Assembly (NCBI GenBank): GCA_012295275.1
Contig: CM022667.1
Coordinates: forward strand, 10,850,001-10,914,000
DNA length: 64,000 bases
Direction: 5' to 3'
DNA from: Chrysomallon squamiferum
Lineage: Eukaryota; Animalia; Mollusca
Each line of letters starts with the position of its first letter. Position 1 is the first letter of the stretch. The notes under the pieces are model-generated. The model was given only the letters and a program-made list of their open reading frames with translations, had not been told where the DNA came from and ran no database searches. Below are positions 1-14,780 of this stretch, one piece after another. The translations under genes and the position numbers were made by a program.

Positions 1-538
1 GACCCTGTTAGGGTTAAGTTATCACAGTTGGGTGCCAAAGGGTTAATCTTTTCAACTCCTGGGATCCTGATAAAAATCCGTTTTCGAGACAATTAATTGC
101 TTTAACTTATGGTTACCGCGAAATGCTCAGTCGAAATCAAAAGCTTTTGATTTTTTGATTTGATTTTTTTCCCAGTCATTTATTTTATCATAAGTTATTT
201 TATATGTATTTTATTTTATTGTTATAAATTTTTGTTGTTGTTGTTGTTTTGAGTTTGTTTTAAAAAAGAAAATGATTTATTATTTTATAATAATGTTTTA
301 GATTAATGATTGTATTAAATTAGTTATTCCAGTCTTTATTTTGTGTAAATTTATTAAATGTATTTATATATTTTTTTTGTAAGGCAACAATTCTAATAAG
401 TGTTTTTATATAGAATGGTTTTACTGATAAAAATGTTTAATTCTGTTCTTCTTTTTTTTTTTTTTTTTCTTTTTTATAAGAAAAATGAAACTAGAAAAAA
501 TATGAAAGAAAAGGTTTTTAATATTTGAAATCAGCATT

Positions 539-569
<31 letters not shown>

Positions 570-856
570 GTTTTCATACAAATATCTGTATTCTGGTTTT
601 TATTTTTTTTTAATTAAACATCCATTAATTCAGTGGACATTAAATTATTATTTTTTGTATACTTTTATAAGTATTTGTTTATCTACATTATTTTATTCAT
701 TAACTGAAACCATTTATTAATATTAAATGACAAATACTTTAATTAAAAATTCTCTTTATAATTATTAAAATGTCTCAATAATATGTGTATTTATTTATTA
801 TTATATTTAATGAAACAGAATCCAGTTTCTAATATTTTATACTATTAGGTTTCCAA

Positions 857-1140
857 ACAACAACCACAACCACCACCATCACTACTACTACTACTGCTGC
901 TTCTACTACTACTACTATTACTGATACTTCTTTTACTATTACTACTCTACTACTATTACCACTACTACTACTACCACTGCAACAACTACTGCTGCTATTA
1001 TTATTACAACAACTACTGCTACAACAACTACTGCTACTACAACTACAATCACTACTATTACAACAACTACTGCTACTACAACTACAATCACTACTATTAC
1101 AACAACAACTACTACTACCACTATCAGCAATAATAACAGA
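857..1140. repeat. Degenerate (ACT/ACA/ATT)n trinucleotide low-complexity tract
   Basis: Runs of actactact and acaacaact. Similar tracts occur at about 1860-2055, 13220-13700 and 57850-57960. Confidence 0.9.
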
Positions 1141-3235
1141 ACAAATTTTTAATATTTAGCAATAATGAATTTAATAACATCATCGTCAAAATATGAGAAT
1201 TTTTTATTTATATCTATGACAAATTAATCTTTGATGGATTACCTAATCCATGTGTAAATCCAGTTAACTCCTTTATCAGTGTCGATAGCAAGGGTGGATT
1301 ATCAAATATGAGATGAAGTATTTGTTTATGAAATCAGCTTGTTGACAACTCAAACTTGACAAGTTAAAACTTTACCTGTTACCTGTTGTAAATTTTAATT
1401 CTTAAGACAGGTTGACACAGATTATAATGATAACGATATTACAGATTACACCTGGACCAGGTAAAAAATATATATATATATATATATATATTGAACCTGG
1501 ATTTACAGGTAAGGGACTCACACCACAGATTTTGAGAAGAGACTGTAGTGAAAGGATTATGTAAATTAATTATAATACCGAGAAGAAGATTTTTAGTGAA
1601 AAAAGATTAAGTGAATTTATTATCATGCAGAAAAGATTTTGGATGAGGGATTTGATAATGAAAAGAAAATCCTGTCTTTGTTTAATGGATTAAAAGATAA
1701 AGGTTAAATCAGTGTCAGATTTTGTTCAGTGTCTGTGTCTGTGTCTCTGTGTGTGTTACTGTGTGTGTGTGTTGGGTGTGTGTGTTTGCGTGTGTTTGTG
1801 TGTGTATGAGTGTTTGTATAGGCATGTGTGTGTTTTAAATACATAAATAAATTCAGCTATTCTGCAGCTATTACTGCTGCTACCACAACTACTACCACTA
1901 CTACATTTACTACAACTGTTATTATTACTAGTATTAATATAACAACTATTATTATTGATACTACTACTATTACAACAACTGTTATTATTAGTAGTATTAA
2001 TATAACAGCTATTATTATTACTAGTACTACTACTATTACCTATTACAGCTACTAGTAATTCCAATAATTACCTGTAATTGCTAATTAAATCAAATGTGAC
2101 AGGTGTTTTCCTATTATGCACACAAATTCCGTTTGTACATTAAATTCTTTGAAATATATACAAATAGATATACACTAATGAATGCAAAACAAAGAATGAT
2201 CAAAGTTCCTTAGATTTATTTATTTATTTGTTTGTTTTGCGCATCTGTCCATTCTGTTTGTCTGTGTCCAGCCAAACATGCTGACCACTGTCCAATGCAG
2301 TGAATCAATGAATATTTATTTATGTAATGGCTATTTCAGCTCATGTATTAATATTAATGAAAGAATAAATGAATATATTTTAATATTAACTGATATTAAG
2401 CAATTAATTAATATGCTAATATTAGACAGTTATTACAAATATTGGTTTGATGGGCCATTCATTATATAATTATTAATATTGATGAAACTAATGAATATTT
2501 ATTAAAAATGTATATTACTTATTAATGGTTATAAGGTTACATGTATAATATATGCACTTATTTAATATATATATATATATATATATGCATATGTAAATAC
2601 ACATACATGGACACACACAGACAGACACACACACAAAACACATACCAACATGCAAACATATACACACATATATGCATATACAAGTACATACATACAAACA
2701 TACATACATACATATACACACACTCAAACACATATACATACAAATACTCACATACATAGAAACACATTGATATCTACATGCATATACACAGAAACACACA
2801 CACACACATATGTAGACTCTTACACACACATAAACACACACACAGACAGACAGACACACACACATACCACCAGTACATATTAGTATTTATCAAATAAGTG
2901 TACACAAGATCATAGACACAAGCTGTGTGTAAAGTAAATGATATTAGGTCAAACTGGGACATCTGTTGTGTCATTATTTGTGTGTGGCTTGACTGTTTCA
3001 TTTCAAATGACACTGAGAAATGGTTCAGCTTCTCCGTTTTAAACAATTGTTACTAATAAAAGTGATGCAGATTTTAATAATGAAATAGTGACGTCTGCCT
3101 GCACTAATAAATTGCTGCGTATTTTGTTAGATAAAACTTTTTAATGGCTCAATTTAATGAACAAATGGAAAGAAAAGTTTACATGTGTTTTTATTTATCT
3201 ATTTATTTATTTATTTATTTATTTACTATTATTAT

Positions 3236-3277
<42 letters not shown>

Positions 3278-3348
3278 TATTATCAATTTGTGTTTATATC
3301 TTAAGAGACAATTTTTTTTTTTAAAGTAATACATACTTTTCCATCCAA

Positions 3349-3390
<42 letters not shown>

Positions 3391-4179
3391 TGAAGGTCCA
3401 TTATTGAAGGTTATACATGAAAATGTTACATGACTATGTTGGATTATAAATGTGAACTACATGTTTCAATATCAGTTAGCCTTGACTTAAAAATAATCAA
3501 ACTTTTATTATGTAATCCGATACGATTTCCAATTTTATCAATCTTCTCTGTTGTAAATATGCATAGGGGCATGATCATTTATAGAAAATAAAAATAAAAA
3601 CAAATAAAAAATAACTATTCTCATATACATAAGCCTATAATTATATCTTTTTAATTTATGTATTTATTTATTTTTTAAAACATCATTTTAAAAATGATTT
3701 TGACACAAGCTATCAATTATATTACTTAAAATTAAATAAATAAATAAATAAATAATAATATAAAAAAAAAAACAAACAAAACTTACAAAAAAAAATATTT
3801 GTTTGTTTCTTTTTACATTATTTATTTATTTGTGTCTTTCTTTCTTACTTATTTATTTATTTTGTTCTTATTTATTTATTTATTTATTTAATTGGCAGTA
3901 GTAGTAGCAGTAGTAGTGGTTGTAGTGGTAGTTGTGATTGTACTTATGGTGGTAGTAGTACTAGTAAAATAGTAGTGTGGAGTAGTAGTAATAATAGTAG
4001 CAGTTTTAGTAGTAATAATTAATTTTTATCTATCCCATCTCTCTCCCCATACCACTAATTAATTAATTAATTAATTAAAAACATATTTCTTTATTTCTCT
4101 CAATCCATTTATTAGTAAATAATTCTCAAACCTGGTGATGATTATCATAATGGACTTAGCACCTGCCATAATCTGAAGA

Positions 4180-4460
4180 TGTCATAACTCAAAACAATTA
4201 AAACACCTGTCATAAATTATAATACATTTAGTGATGTCACTGATAAATTATGCAAATGTCATAAATTATGATGATGTAACGTAATAAATTATGCAAATGT
4301 CATAAACCACTTGAACGCATGTGAAACCAGTTATAAAGGGTCGTCTCATTACAGCACTTATGCAGTGTATTAATTACGGGTTCCTCTAATCATGGGGTGA
4401 GATGGCCTTTGACCTGGCTAATTTGCATGTTAATGCAATCTTCTCTTCAAAGGTTAACGG
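4180..4460. promoter_or_regulatory. Candidate intronic enhancer (octamer x3, GTCATAAA x3, TCF/LEF-like sites)
   Basis: ATGCAAAT at 4250 and 4291, ATTTGCAT at 4421, GTCATAAA at 4209, 4258 and 4299, TTCAAAGG at 4446. Motif matches only. Confidence 0.4.
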
Positions 4461-6589
4461 CCTTCCAATGGTACAATAAAAAAATGTTGTAAATCTTTTT
4501 CTATTTAGTTTCACAGAACATTTAGTTACTATTCAAAGTTCAATGAGATTTTAATAAAAGAATAAAAGAATGAATCAATCGGTCAAAATGAAATAACGTT
4601 TTTGTTTCTGTTTATATACAGATAAACAAGTGTATATATTTGTCTATCATTTACTGTCTGTCTGTCTGTATATCTATCTATCTATGTACCTATCTACCTA
4701 CCTAGCTATCTGGGTACTTCTGTGCAATATGTACTGTCATATACACATAGACAAATATATACACCTATTTATTTATCTATGTTTTTTCCATCCACGCATC
4801 CATCTACTTTTCAGTCTACTTCCATCTACATCCATACAAAATATACTGTCATGTGGCTTCATTAATCTTCCTTTTTAAAAATCAACACCCATTACGAGTA
4901 AACAAATAAACATTAATAACAATCAAAACAAACAGCTGATCAATATGTTTCTTTTATTTTATTTATGATGTTTGCTACTTCTGCTGTTGCTGCTGCTGCA
5001 GCAGTCACTACTGTCTGTTTGTGATGCTGCTGTTTTATGAAATAAACATTTGAAACGAGTTATTTGAAAACTGATACTTTTGAAAAAGCTGGTGGCAAGT
5101 TTGATGTAGGGCTATATTAGCTTGTCAGTTCATAATGATATAAATTTCATTCTATCCTCAGCAGTAAATAATTTAAAAAACTGAAGAAAAAAAAATTAAA
5201 AAAAAAATTAAATTACTTGGGAATTAATGTCTGTGTTGATTAATCTATTTCGTTGTGTGAAATGTACAATATGTTTATTGATATGTGTTTGTATATATAT
5301 GTGTGTGTGTGTGTGTGTGTTTGTACATATGTATATTGTATTTTATTTATTTATTTATTTATTTACTTCTTTTTTTTTGTTTTTTGTTTTGTTCAGTATT
5401 CGTATACATATTGTTTATTATGGTTATTATTTATTTATTTATGTATTTACATAGCTGATAAATTTATCATAAAATAACATGAAAGGGACACTTAGTGGAT
5501 ATATATATTATTTTTATTCTGCAAAAATGTTATAATAAGCTATATAGTTAAAAATGTCAAGAACATATCTTTTCTTTTTACTTTTGAAAATTGTACATAA
5601 AGATGTCAGTAACACTACATTATATACTTACCAATGTTATTGTCTTCTCTTAAAAAAGAAATCATCATCTAAGAAATCTATTTAATGTTATGTGCACACC
5701 TTTGATGCAGATGCAGTAACTGCAAAATGAAAGAGAATGGTTACCATGGGATACAGTGGCCAGAAAAATGACCATTTATTTATTCTCCAAATTTACATTA
5801 ACATGCTACTAACTGTTGCTGAAAATAGAATTTTTGTTTCTTTATCTAAGAAATGCTTTTTTTAATTTGGTGTCATAAAATATCTTTGATATATGTATTT
5901 AATAGTATTGGATGAAAGAACTTCCATCTAAAGATTTTCTTATTTGTTGTGTTTAAAAACACCTTTTGTATGTATTTATTATAACAGTATATATAATGGA
6001 TATTTTGAGTAATAATGAACACACATTACAGTTTATTTCACAAAGTTTACATTAATATAATCAGTGAATATATAGTTTTATTATTGCTTTTATATTTTAT
6101 TCTAGAAACTGACATTAACTGATTTTAAAATTTATGTTAATAAAATAATTTAATTTACACTAATTAAATGATAATTTACATTAATTTGTAACTGAAGTTT
6201 GCTATAACTAAAATGTCTCATTTACACTAATATGAAATGAAAATCAGTATTAATTAAAAATATATATATATATAAATATTTAACTGAAATTTACATTAAT
6301 TAAACATCTATATTTTACATTAATGGAAATGTACTTTAACAATTTTTTTTTTAAAAATTATATATTTCTTCAATTTATATTAATAAAAATTAATATATTA
6401 ATGTTTTTATTCTACTTTAAGAAAAAATAAATTAGTTTGCCATAACTAATACTAATGTGTAAGCTGAAATTGACATTAAACTGTTTATTTCTTTATCTTA
6501 CCATCAATTTATAAATCTCTTATTTTGCAGTGATATATTAATATAAATTTGTTAGTTTTACTTCAGTATAAATTCACTGTATTTTGTTA

Positions 6590-6800
6590 TTTACATTAAT
6601 ACATAAACTAAAATTTACATTAATATCAAAACTGAAATTTACATTAATATCAAAAATTGAAATTTACATTTTTTATTGAAACTGAAACTTAAATTAATAT
6701 TAAAAATTTACAAAATATTGTCCTGAAATTTACATTAATATTAAAAACTGAAATTTGCATTAATATTAAAAACTGAAATTTACAAAATATTGTCCTGAAA
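6590..6800. repeat. Degenerate minisatellite of about 24-26 bp (AACTGAAATTTACATTAATATYAAA)
   Basis: Repeated actgaaatttacattaatat units, with more decayed copies back to about 6040. Confidence 0.8.
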
Positions 6801-6823
6801 TATTTGCTGCTATATTGTGGATT

Positions 6824-6877
<54 letters not shown>

Positions 6878-7619
6878 TCTGTGTGTGGTTTTTATGTCCT
6901 GTCTATTTCTATGGGTGCATGTGCAGCTGTGTTTATGTCAAAACTATCTGTTTCAGTTGTTCATTTAAAAAAGTATATATATATATATATTTGATGCGGT
7001 CGTTTGAGTAAACTGTATTTTGATTTATTGTTGAAGAGTGAAAGTGAGTTACAGAATCTTACACTTGTCATTTTCTAATGTACCAGTTCACGCAGTACAA
7101 ATAGTTCATATATTGTCATGTTCATGAGAAGGTAAATTTTTTTTTTTTTTTTTTTTCATACATCTTAAAGAAAAAAAGAAAATAATAACGATAATAAAAT
7201 AATAATTAAAAAAATATGTATGAGATCTACGTTTGTTGTACGGAATAGCAACAATGATGGTTATGACGTAAGATAATATTAATTTTTGATTTAAAGAAAT
7301 CTTAGTCAAAAGTTTCATTATTAACAACTAAGATGATGATAATGATAAAAATAATAATTATAGTGATAATGATAATAATAATTATTATGATAATGATTGT
7401 GATAATAATGTAGTTGTAGTAGTTGTTGTTGCAGTAGTAGTAGTAAAGGTAGAAACAATACTAGCTATAGTTATGATAGTTCTAACAGTAGTAGCAATAA
7501 CAACAACAATATACAAAATAATATAAACAAAAACAATGAAGCAAAAAAAATTACTAAAATTTTTATTATTTTATTCTGTTTGAATATTTTTTTTCTTTTT
7601 AGTCTATTTTTAACAAAAG

Positions 7620-7653
<34 letters not shown>

Positions 7654-9507
7654 CCTCTGCCTCCCACCAAAGCAATTCTGCCTCAGGGGACCTGTTGATG
7701 TAATTACATCATTAATTTATCACTCAACTATATCCAGGATTAAAGAAATATTTAAAAATAAAGAAATCAAGCTTCTTTTCATTTTGATTTTTTTCATCTG
7801 TGAACCAAAAACCATGAAGGGAAATAAAAAAAAAAAAAAAAAAAAAATTCCTTTAACAATTGTCCAATAATGTCTTAAACCATCAAACATTACTAACAAG
7901 AATGTTACATAATATTACACAGCTTTTGTGCAGATCCTTTTTAACACAGGTGGAACAATAGGCAGGTTACAGGTAACTTTTTAGCTTACCTGTAATTTGG
8001 TTATGAAATGTTGTTTTCATTGCATCAATTTCAATTACATCATATTCTGCCTCAGGGTTTTTTTTTTTTTTTTTTTTTAAATCCATTTCACAACAAAGGA
8101 AAAAAAAAAAAGAAAGTTAAAAAAGAAATATAAAGAGAAATGAAAACAAAAGAAATTGAAATAAAAGGTAGAAAAAAAAAATGAAGAAAAGATTAATTGT
8201 CAATTACATTTCTATGTATATATACCTGCTTTTGTTTACACCTATATATATATCAAAGTTTTGCCTTGTAATTAGGATTAACTTTGTGTGTAAGTATATG
8301 TGTGTGTGTATCATTTGAAGTGGGGTTCAGTTTCAGGTTACATCACTTGGTTGGTTCAGTGTGGCTTTTTTTCTTCTTCTTTTGTGTCCCTGGTGAACAA
8401 CTGATTGTTTATTTCAAGTAGATTGCTATCTGGAGGTGTTTGCTTGAACAAATTACTGCCCAGATTAAAGAGGCGACTGGATAAAGGTTGAAGAGTTTTA
8501 AAAATTGTAAGAAAACTGAAACTTGAACGAAAAGATAAAATGTTGCAGTGGATAGACAGATGGTTATGTATCTAGCTATCTTTTATTAAATTATCATCTA
8601 TGTATACTTAAATATATGACAAACAAACAAACAAAACCTAAATAAATAAAAATAAACCAAATAATGCACAAAAAAACCAACATAAAAAAAAAAAAATAAA
8701 TAAAAAAATAAATAAATAAACAATTCACATCATATATTTAATAAAACACATGATATATATCTTCTTCTTCTAAAATAAAAAAAATGGCAACATTCTCAAA
8801 AAAATCCACTTATTAGAAATTTAAATTTTTCTTGAATGATTTAAGTTACTTTTGTTAAAAGTGAAAAACCTTTAGAAAAAAATACCATTATTAAACTAGT
8901 TACACTGAAAATATGGAAATTTGTTTTATAATAATAATAATAATAATGATAAAACTTGGAACAATTTTTTTTCTCATTTGAACATAAATTACATGAAACA
9001 GTATCCTGAAAGCTATGTGTAATATTATACAAGAAATTTAATTTACCTCTTACTAGCATACATGAATTTTATTTGAATTGTTAGTTTAGGAGAAAGAAAG
9101 AGAGAGAGAGAGAGAGAAAAAAAAAGATATTCTGGCTTATATGAATATTAAATTAATTCTGAAGAGTTCTATAATTTATTGGTAATACGTTAGTTTTGAT
9201 TTATTATTGTGCATTGGATAGAATAAGTTTTTTTCTGTGTTTTTTGCTTCTTTATTTTTTACTTTGGGGTGGATCCATGTTTTGAAAAATGTCTGGGTTA
9301 GTGTGGGTGAGAGGGTGGGAGGGTGGGAATATAAAGCTTACAGTTAAATGGGGTTTTATTTTAAAGAAAGAAAATATTGACTGTTTCTTTATTTGGAAAG
9401 TAACTTTTGAAGTTGCAAGATTTTGAGCCTCTGTCTGTCTGTCTCTCTTTCATTATATTTTTATGTTTAAATCTCTCTCTCTTTCTTTCTGTCTCTCATG
9501 CATGCAT

Positions 9508-9540
<33 letters not shown>

Positions 9541-10872
9541 ATTTGAATAATTTTACATTATTATTTTTCAAAAATAATATTAAAAATAACAGATAAAAAT
9601 AATTTTAAAATATTACACAAATGTTGTGTTTAATTTAATAAGAAAAAAATAATTATGACATTTTAAAATACACTTTCAAAGTTTGGTTTTAACATGTAAA
9701 CTGAATTTAAAATGCAATGACTTTAAACAAAATTCTTAAATTTTTAAAGTTTTACTTATAAAAATAATAAATTTAAACAAGAATGAATGAAGAGAAAGTA
9801 TAAAATTTAGAAAGAAAAATTGTTTTAAAAAATTATATCAAAAAGAACAAATCAGAAAGGAAAAATCCCACCAAAAAAAAATTTAAAACACAAAAATTAG
9901 AAAATCAAACTTTATTTTGAAAGTTGAGCTATAAAACATCAGAATTCAAACTTTTTATCTTTCATTATTATTTGTTTTTTTAAAGATATAAAGATGAAAG
10001 TTTATTTATCAAATGTAATAAAAGAAAATTGAGAACAATGCTTTTAAAAATACAATTTCAAATTTTTTGGTTCTGGTCTTTAATATATAAAAGACAAAAA
10101 CAAGATCAAACAAAAATATTTAAAAAAAAAAAAACTCAAACAAAACAACTCTTGTTGTGTTTTCAAATATAATAATAATAAAAAAAAAAATACACAAAGC
10201 TATTTCAAAATCATTTCATTTTTATTTCAATTTTGTTAAAAAAATAAAATTGTAAAACAAAACAAAACATAAGAACTTTAATAACAATTTCAAATATCAG
10301 ATAAATTTTAATCTTACCTTTTAAAAGATTTATTTTAAAAATAACAAAAGTTTATAGTTTATATTTTTAAACATTTTTCCAAAAATATGAAAAGATTGCT
10401 TTATCTTGTGAAGATCATCCATTAGAAGACAAAAAGAACAAAAAAAAAACCAGTTGAAAACTATTAACATTTTTTTTTTTTATGTCATTTTCTTTTCACT
10501 TAGATAAAACAGTAACTGATAATGAGTCATTCATATGTAAACAACTATGTAAACAATTACCTGTGGAATGCTGGGATAGTAACGAGAAATTCCATATTTA
10601 GCTCATCGGCAGGTTTTTGCCAAATTAATTGAGGCAATTTCGTTTGAAACTGACAAATTTTCCACCATGGGGTGCAATGCAGACTTGGCATATTGATGTA
10701 TTATTTTGTTTTTATAATTATTTTTTTTTTTACAGTTTAAACTTTGTTAAATTTTTTTTTGTTTTTGTTTTGTTTTATATTGTTCTCAGTCTTTCTACCG
10801 GCACCAGGTAAAAAAAAAAAAAAAACGAATAAAAAAAGTTTATAATTAAAATATAATTAATACAATAAAAAA

Positions 10873-10931
<59 letters not shown>

Positions 10932-13913
10932 AATATACATACATATACATAGATATAAACATACACATACACATACCCATACACACATTTATCTAGACAC
11001 ACACACACATACACAGACACACCTCTTTTTCATTACATACTTCTCGTTCTTAATATTTATTTTTATTAAAAATTCCCCTAAACAGAACACAGAAAAGCAA
11101 TTTGAGATAATATATCTGCAAATTGGTGTTTATTTCTGTGAAATGAACAAATTGGTGAATTTATTCACGTCAACGTCAGCAACGTCGTGTGTGGTCTAAG
11201 ATGATGACATCTGACCAAACAGTGATTCCAATTTTACAAGAGTTAACAAGAAACGTGATAGATTGAGTATAAATATTTCATTTCTTTCTTTTTTTTTTCA
11301 CTCATTTTTTTTAATTTTTTTTTTAATTTTGTTTTTAAAGCTTTATTTCCATCTCCTTTTTTTTAAATTTTTTTTTTTAAGCTTCCGATTTTTAAAAAAA
11401 AAAAAAAATCTTTTGGATGTTTATGGTTTGGTTTCTGTTGTGCTTTTGTTCCTTCATTTTTGCAAGACTGATTTTGTTTTCTTAGTGGTTAGAAGATTAT
11501 TGTATGTTTTTCTTTCAGTTTTTTTTTTTTTTAAATTTATTTATTTAAAGATGTTTTTCTCTAATTTTAAACTTTTTTGTTTTTGTTGTGATTTGTTAAG
11601 TTTTTATTTCTTGATTGGTAAACAATTGTAGTTTTTATGTTATTGAAAATGTTTCTTTTATTTTTTTTAATTATTAAATTTTGTTTATTAAAAAAAATGA
11701 AAAGTTGTTAAACAGTTCTGAAGTTTGAACTATTTTAAAGAAACGTATTTATTTTTTTTTTTTAATAAATTATTCATATTTTAAGTACTTAAGCATGTGT
11801 ACATTTCTTTGTGTATGTTTTTGAAAATATTTTGAAACTTTTTTTTTTACATTAAAAAATAATTTTCTCTCCTTTCATTTCTTTATATATATATTTATAT
11901 TTATTTATTTTCTTTTAAAATTACTTTTGCATTTTTTTAATAAAAATATATCACATTTCAACATTAATTTATCTCTCCTAAATGTTGATCATTCTCTTAA
12001 ACCAGACCATTTTTTTATTTTATTTCTTCTTTCCTTTTTAGCATTTTCCTTTTTTCTTTCTTTCTTCACTGGCAATGAAAAGATGTTTTAAATGTTAAGA
12101 TACTCAACATTTTTATCTCAGATTTTTTTGATTAATTAGAGATTTCTGCCATTAATGAACTTACCAACTGGCAAAAATCTTTATCTGATGTTGTTTCAAT
12201 TTTGTTTTCTCTTCTTTATTTTTTCTTTTTCTTCTTTTTTTGAAATTAGTGTACGAAAATTAGACTAAATAAAACCATCATTCCATTTCTAAATACTTCT
12301 ATGTGATCTGATATCTCTTTTTTTTTTTTATTTTTTTTGACTACTTTAGCAATTAACATAAATGTGTCTAGAATATAAAAATATAGAGAAAGTTATCTGG
12401 ATAATTAGACCCAAACAGAAAGACGCAGTTAAATACACAGCTGCTAAATACTGTTACTGTTTTTTGTTTCAGAGTTGAGTACTTAGTTTTGTGTTTGTCT
12501 GTCTGTCTGTGTGTGTGTGAGAGAGTGTCTATCTGTGAGCTTATTTTATCTATCTATTTATTTATTTATTACTGAGAAATGGCTTTTAATAATTTCAGTA
12601 TTAGCTAAAATAAATAATATCTTTACTGATTATTGTTATTATTAGTGATGGCAGTGGTAGTTGATAATGATGAAGTAGTGATGGTGGTTGTAGTAATAGT
12701 AGTAGGTGTTCTGTAGTTGTTGTACTAGAAGTGATTGTAGTTTTTATTTTTGTTGCTATAATAACAGTTAGTTGTATTAGTAAATTTAGAAATAGTAGAA
12801 ATATATAATATTTATCCTGAAGAACAGCAGAAATGTTTCCCAGGCAGACACACCCTCTTACAAACACAAATACACACCCTCCCAAAACTGCCCTGAGATT
12901 CAAGAGTACCTACCCCTTCCAGATTTTCCCTGCCCTTAAAGACAATGGCAGTTCTACCATTAACATTCCAACTGTCATGTTAAACATGGCTGTCTAGATC
13001 CCTTCACAAACACCCCTCCCAGTCTACCCCTGTCTTCACTCTATCAGGCTGGCTGGTGTGTATTTAGACTACCCAAGCCACTGACCCCACCCCAGGGAAA
13101 TCACTCTTTATTGTGACAACCTCTGCAATAAAGAACAACAATGGTGCTTTGTCGAGTGTGTTGTAAACTGCACGTTTTTACACTGCATTTAGTAATTTCA
13201 TATTGATTCCATCGCTGATAACACAACTACTGCAACAACAGCAGCTACAACAACTGTTTTTTATGCCTCAGTTACTTCTTCAAATACTACAACTACAATT
13301 GCTGTTATTTATTCTTCACCTACTTCTACAAATGCTATAAGTGCTGCAACTACTACTACTACTACCACAACAATTCCATCTATTATTTTTTCTACCATGA
13401 TAACTACTACTACTACTATTACAACTACTACAACTACTACTACATCACTTACTGCACCTACTACTACTACCACTAGTACCACTACCACTATTATCACTAC
13501 CACTACTACAACAATTACTGTTGCTCCTGCTGCCACTGCTACAGCTACCACTACAACAACTACTACTACCACCATAACTTGGCCACAACTATTATAATTT
13601 CTATTGCTAAATTTATTAGTATCACCACTACAAATACTGTTTCCATAATTACTACTACTACTACTACTACTACTACAACTACTACTTCTACTGCTGTAAC
13701 TAAGGACTAAGCTGATACATGTATCTTATTTACATTGATTGTTATATATTGCAGGTCCACATTTCATTTCTGTATATTAATAATTTTTTATAGATATTCT
13801 GAAAAGGTAATTTATTCTTTGTATGACATTTTATTAATATTAAGGATGATGATGATGATGAAAATCTTCATAATGTTGTTAATGGCAGTAATGATGATGA
13901 TGATAACAAAATC

Positions 13914-13970
<57 letters not shown>

Positions 13971-14450
13971 TAATTAATGAGAATAATAATAACAGTAATT
14001 AATAATAATAATAATAAACAATAATAATAACAATATATAATAACAACAAAGACAACAAATAAAACAATAACACATTAGTCAAATAACAATAACAGAACAT
14101 TAGTGAAATAGAGAGAAAAGCACACAATTTCGCACCTTGTAAATTACAATTTGTATTACAGATGACATATCAGTCGTATTATTTTACAGATGTGTATATT
14201 ACAATACATATATTTCAGCTTGTACATTGCACAGTGTGTGTGTGTCTATTGGCTGCGATTCTGAGTCAAAAGCGTCTATTGATTCCGACTCAATAGGGAT
14301 GTTCAAAACATGACATGTAGTTAGTTTAGCATTCAGTAATCAAATATGATTATTAGTTCTAACAGCTGAAATAAATCAGAGCGAGAATTAATGAAATTTT
14401 GTGTCAGCCTCCAATAAACCAGGCTGTTTTTTGGTTTTTGTTTTTGTTTA

Positions 14451-14780
14451 AAGTGTAGGTTAATCTACAGATGTCTGGTTTGACCCATGTCTGGTTTGTT
14501 TTGTCAGTTGTAGACTTTTTTGTAAGTATAGATTAATCTACAGATGTAGACTACCTTTAACCCAGGTGTGATTTGTCCTGTCAGGTGTAGATTTTTTTAA
14601 AGTGTAGATTAATCTACAGAGTTAACCATAATTGAATTTTATTTAATTTTTTTTATTAAAAAACAGTTTCAAAATGTAGAAAATTTACAGATATAGACTG
14701 TGTTTAACCATTGTCTAACTTCTTTTTGTCAGTTACAAATTTCTTTTGAAGTGTAGATTAATCTACAGAGGTAGATTTTG
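14451..14780. repeat. Degenerate tandem repeat of about 75 bp with palindromic core TGTAGATTAATCTACA
   Basis: Cores at 14454, 14527, 14603, 14675 (decayed) and 14752, with spacings of 73, 76, 72 and 77 bp. Confidence 0.85.

Noticed and set aside
1-50. TTAGGG-like words suggesting telomeric repeat
   Set aside because: There are only isolated words and no tandem array.
9305-9327. Potential G-quadruplex GGGtgagaGGGtGGGaGGGtGGG
   Set aside because: The pattern is present, but such motifs are common and nothing indicates function.
14451-14780. CRISPR-like appearance (regular palindromic repeats, with GTAGAT/TCTAC recalling Cas12a repeats)
   Set aside because: The context is a eukaryotic intron with no cas genes. 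The spacers are homologous to each other and the repeat is short and degenerate.
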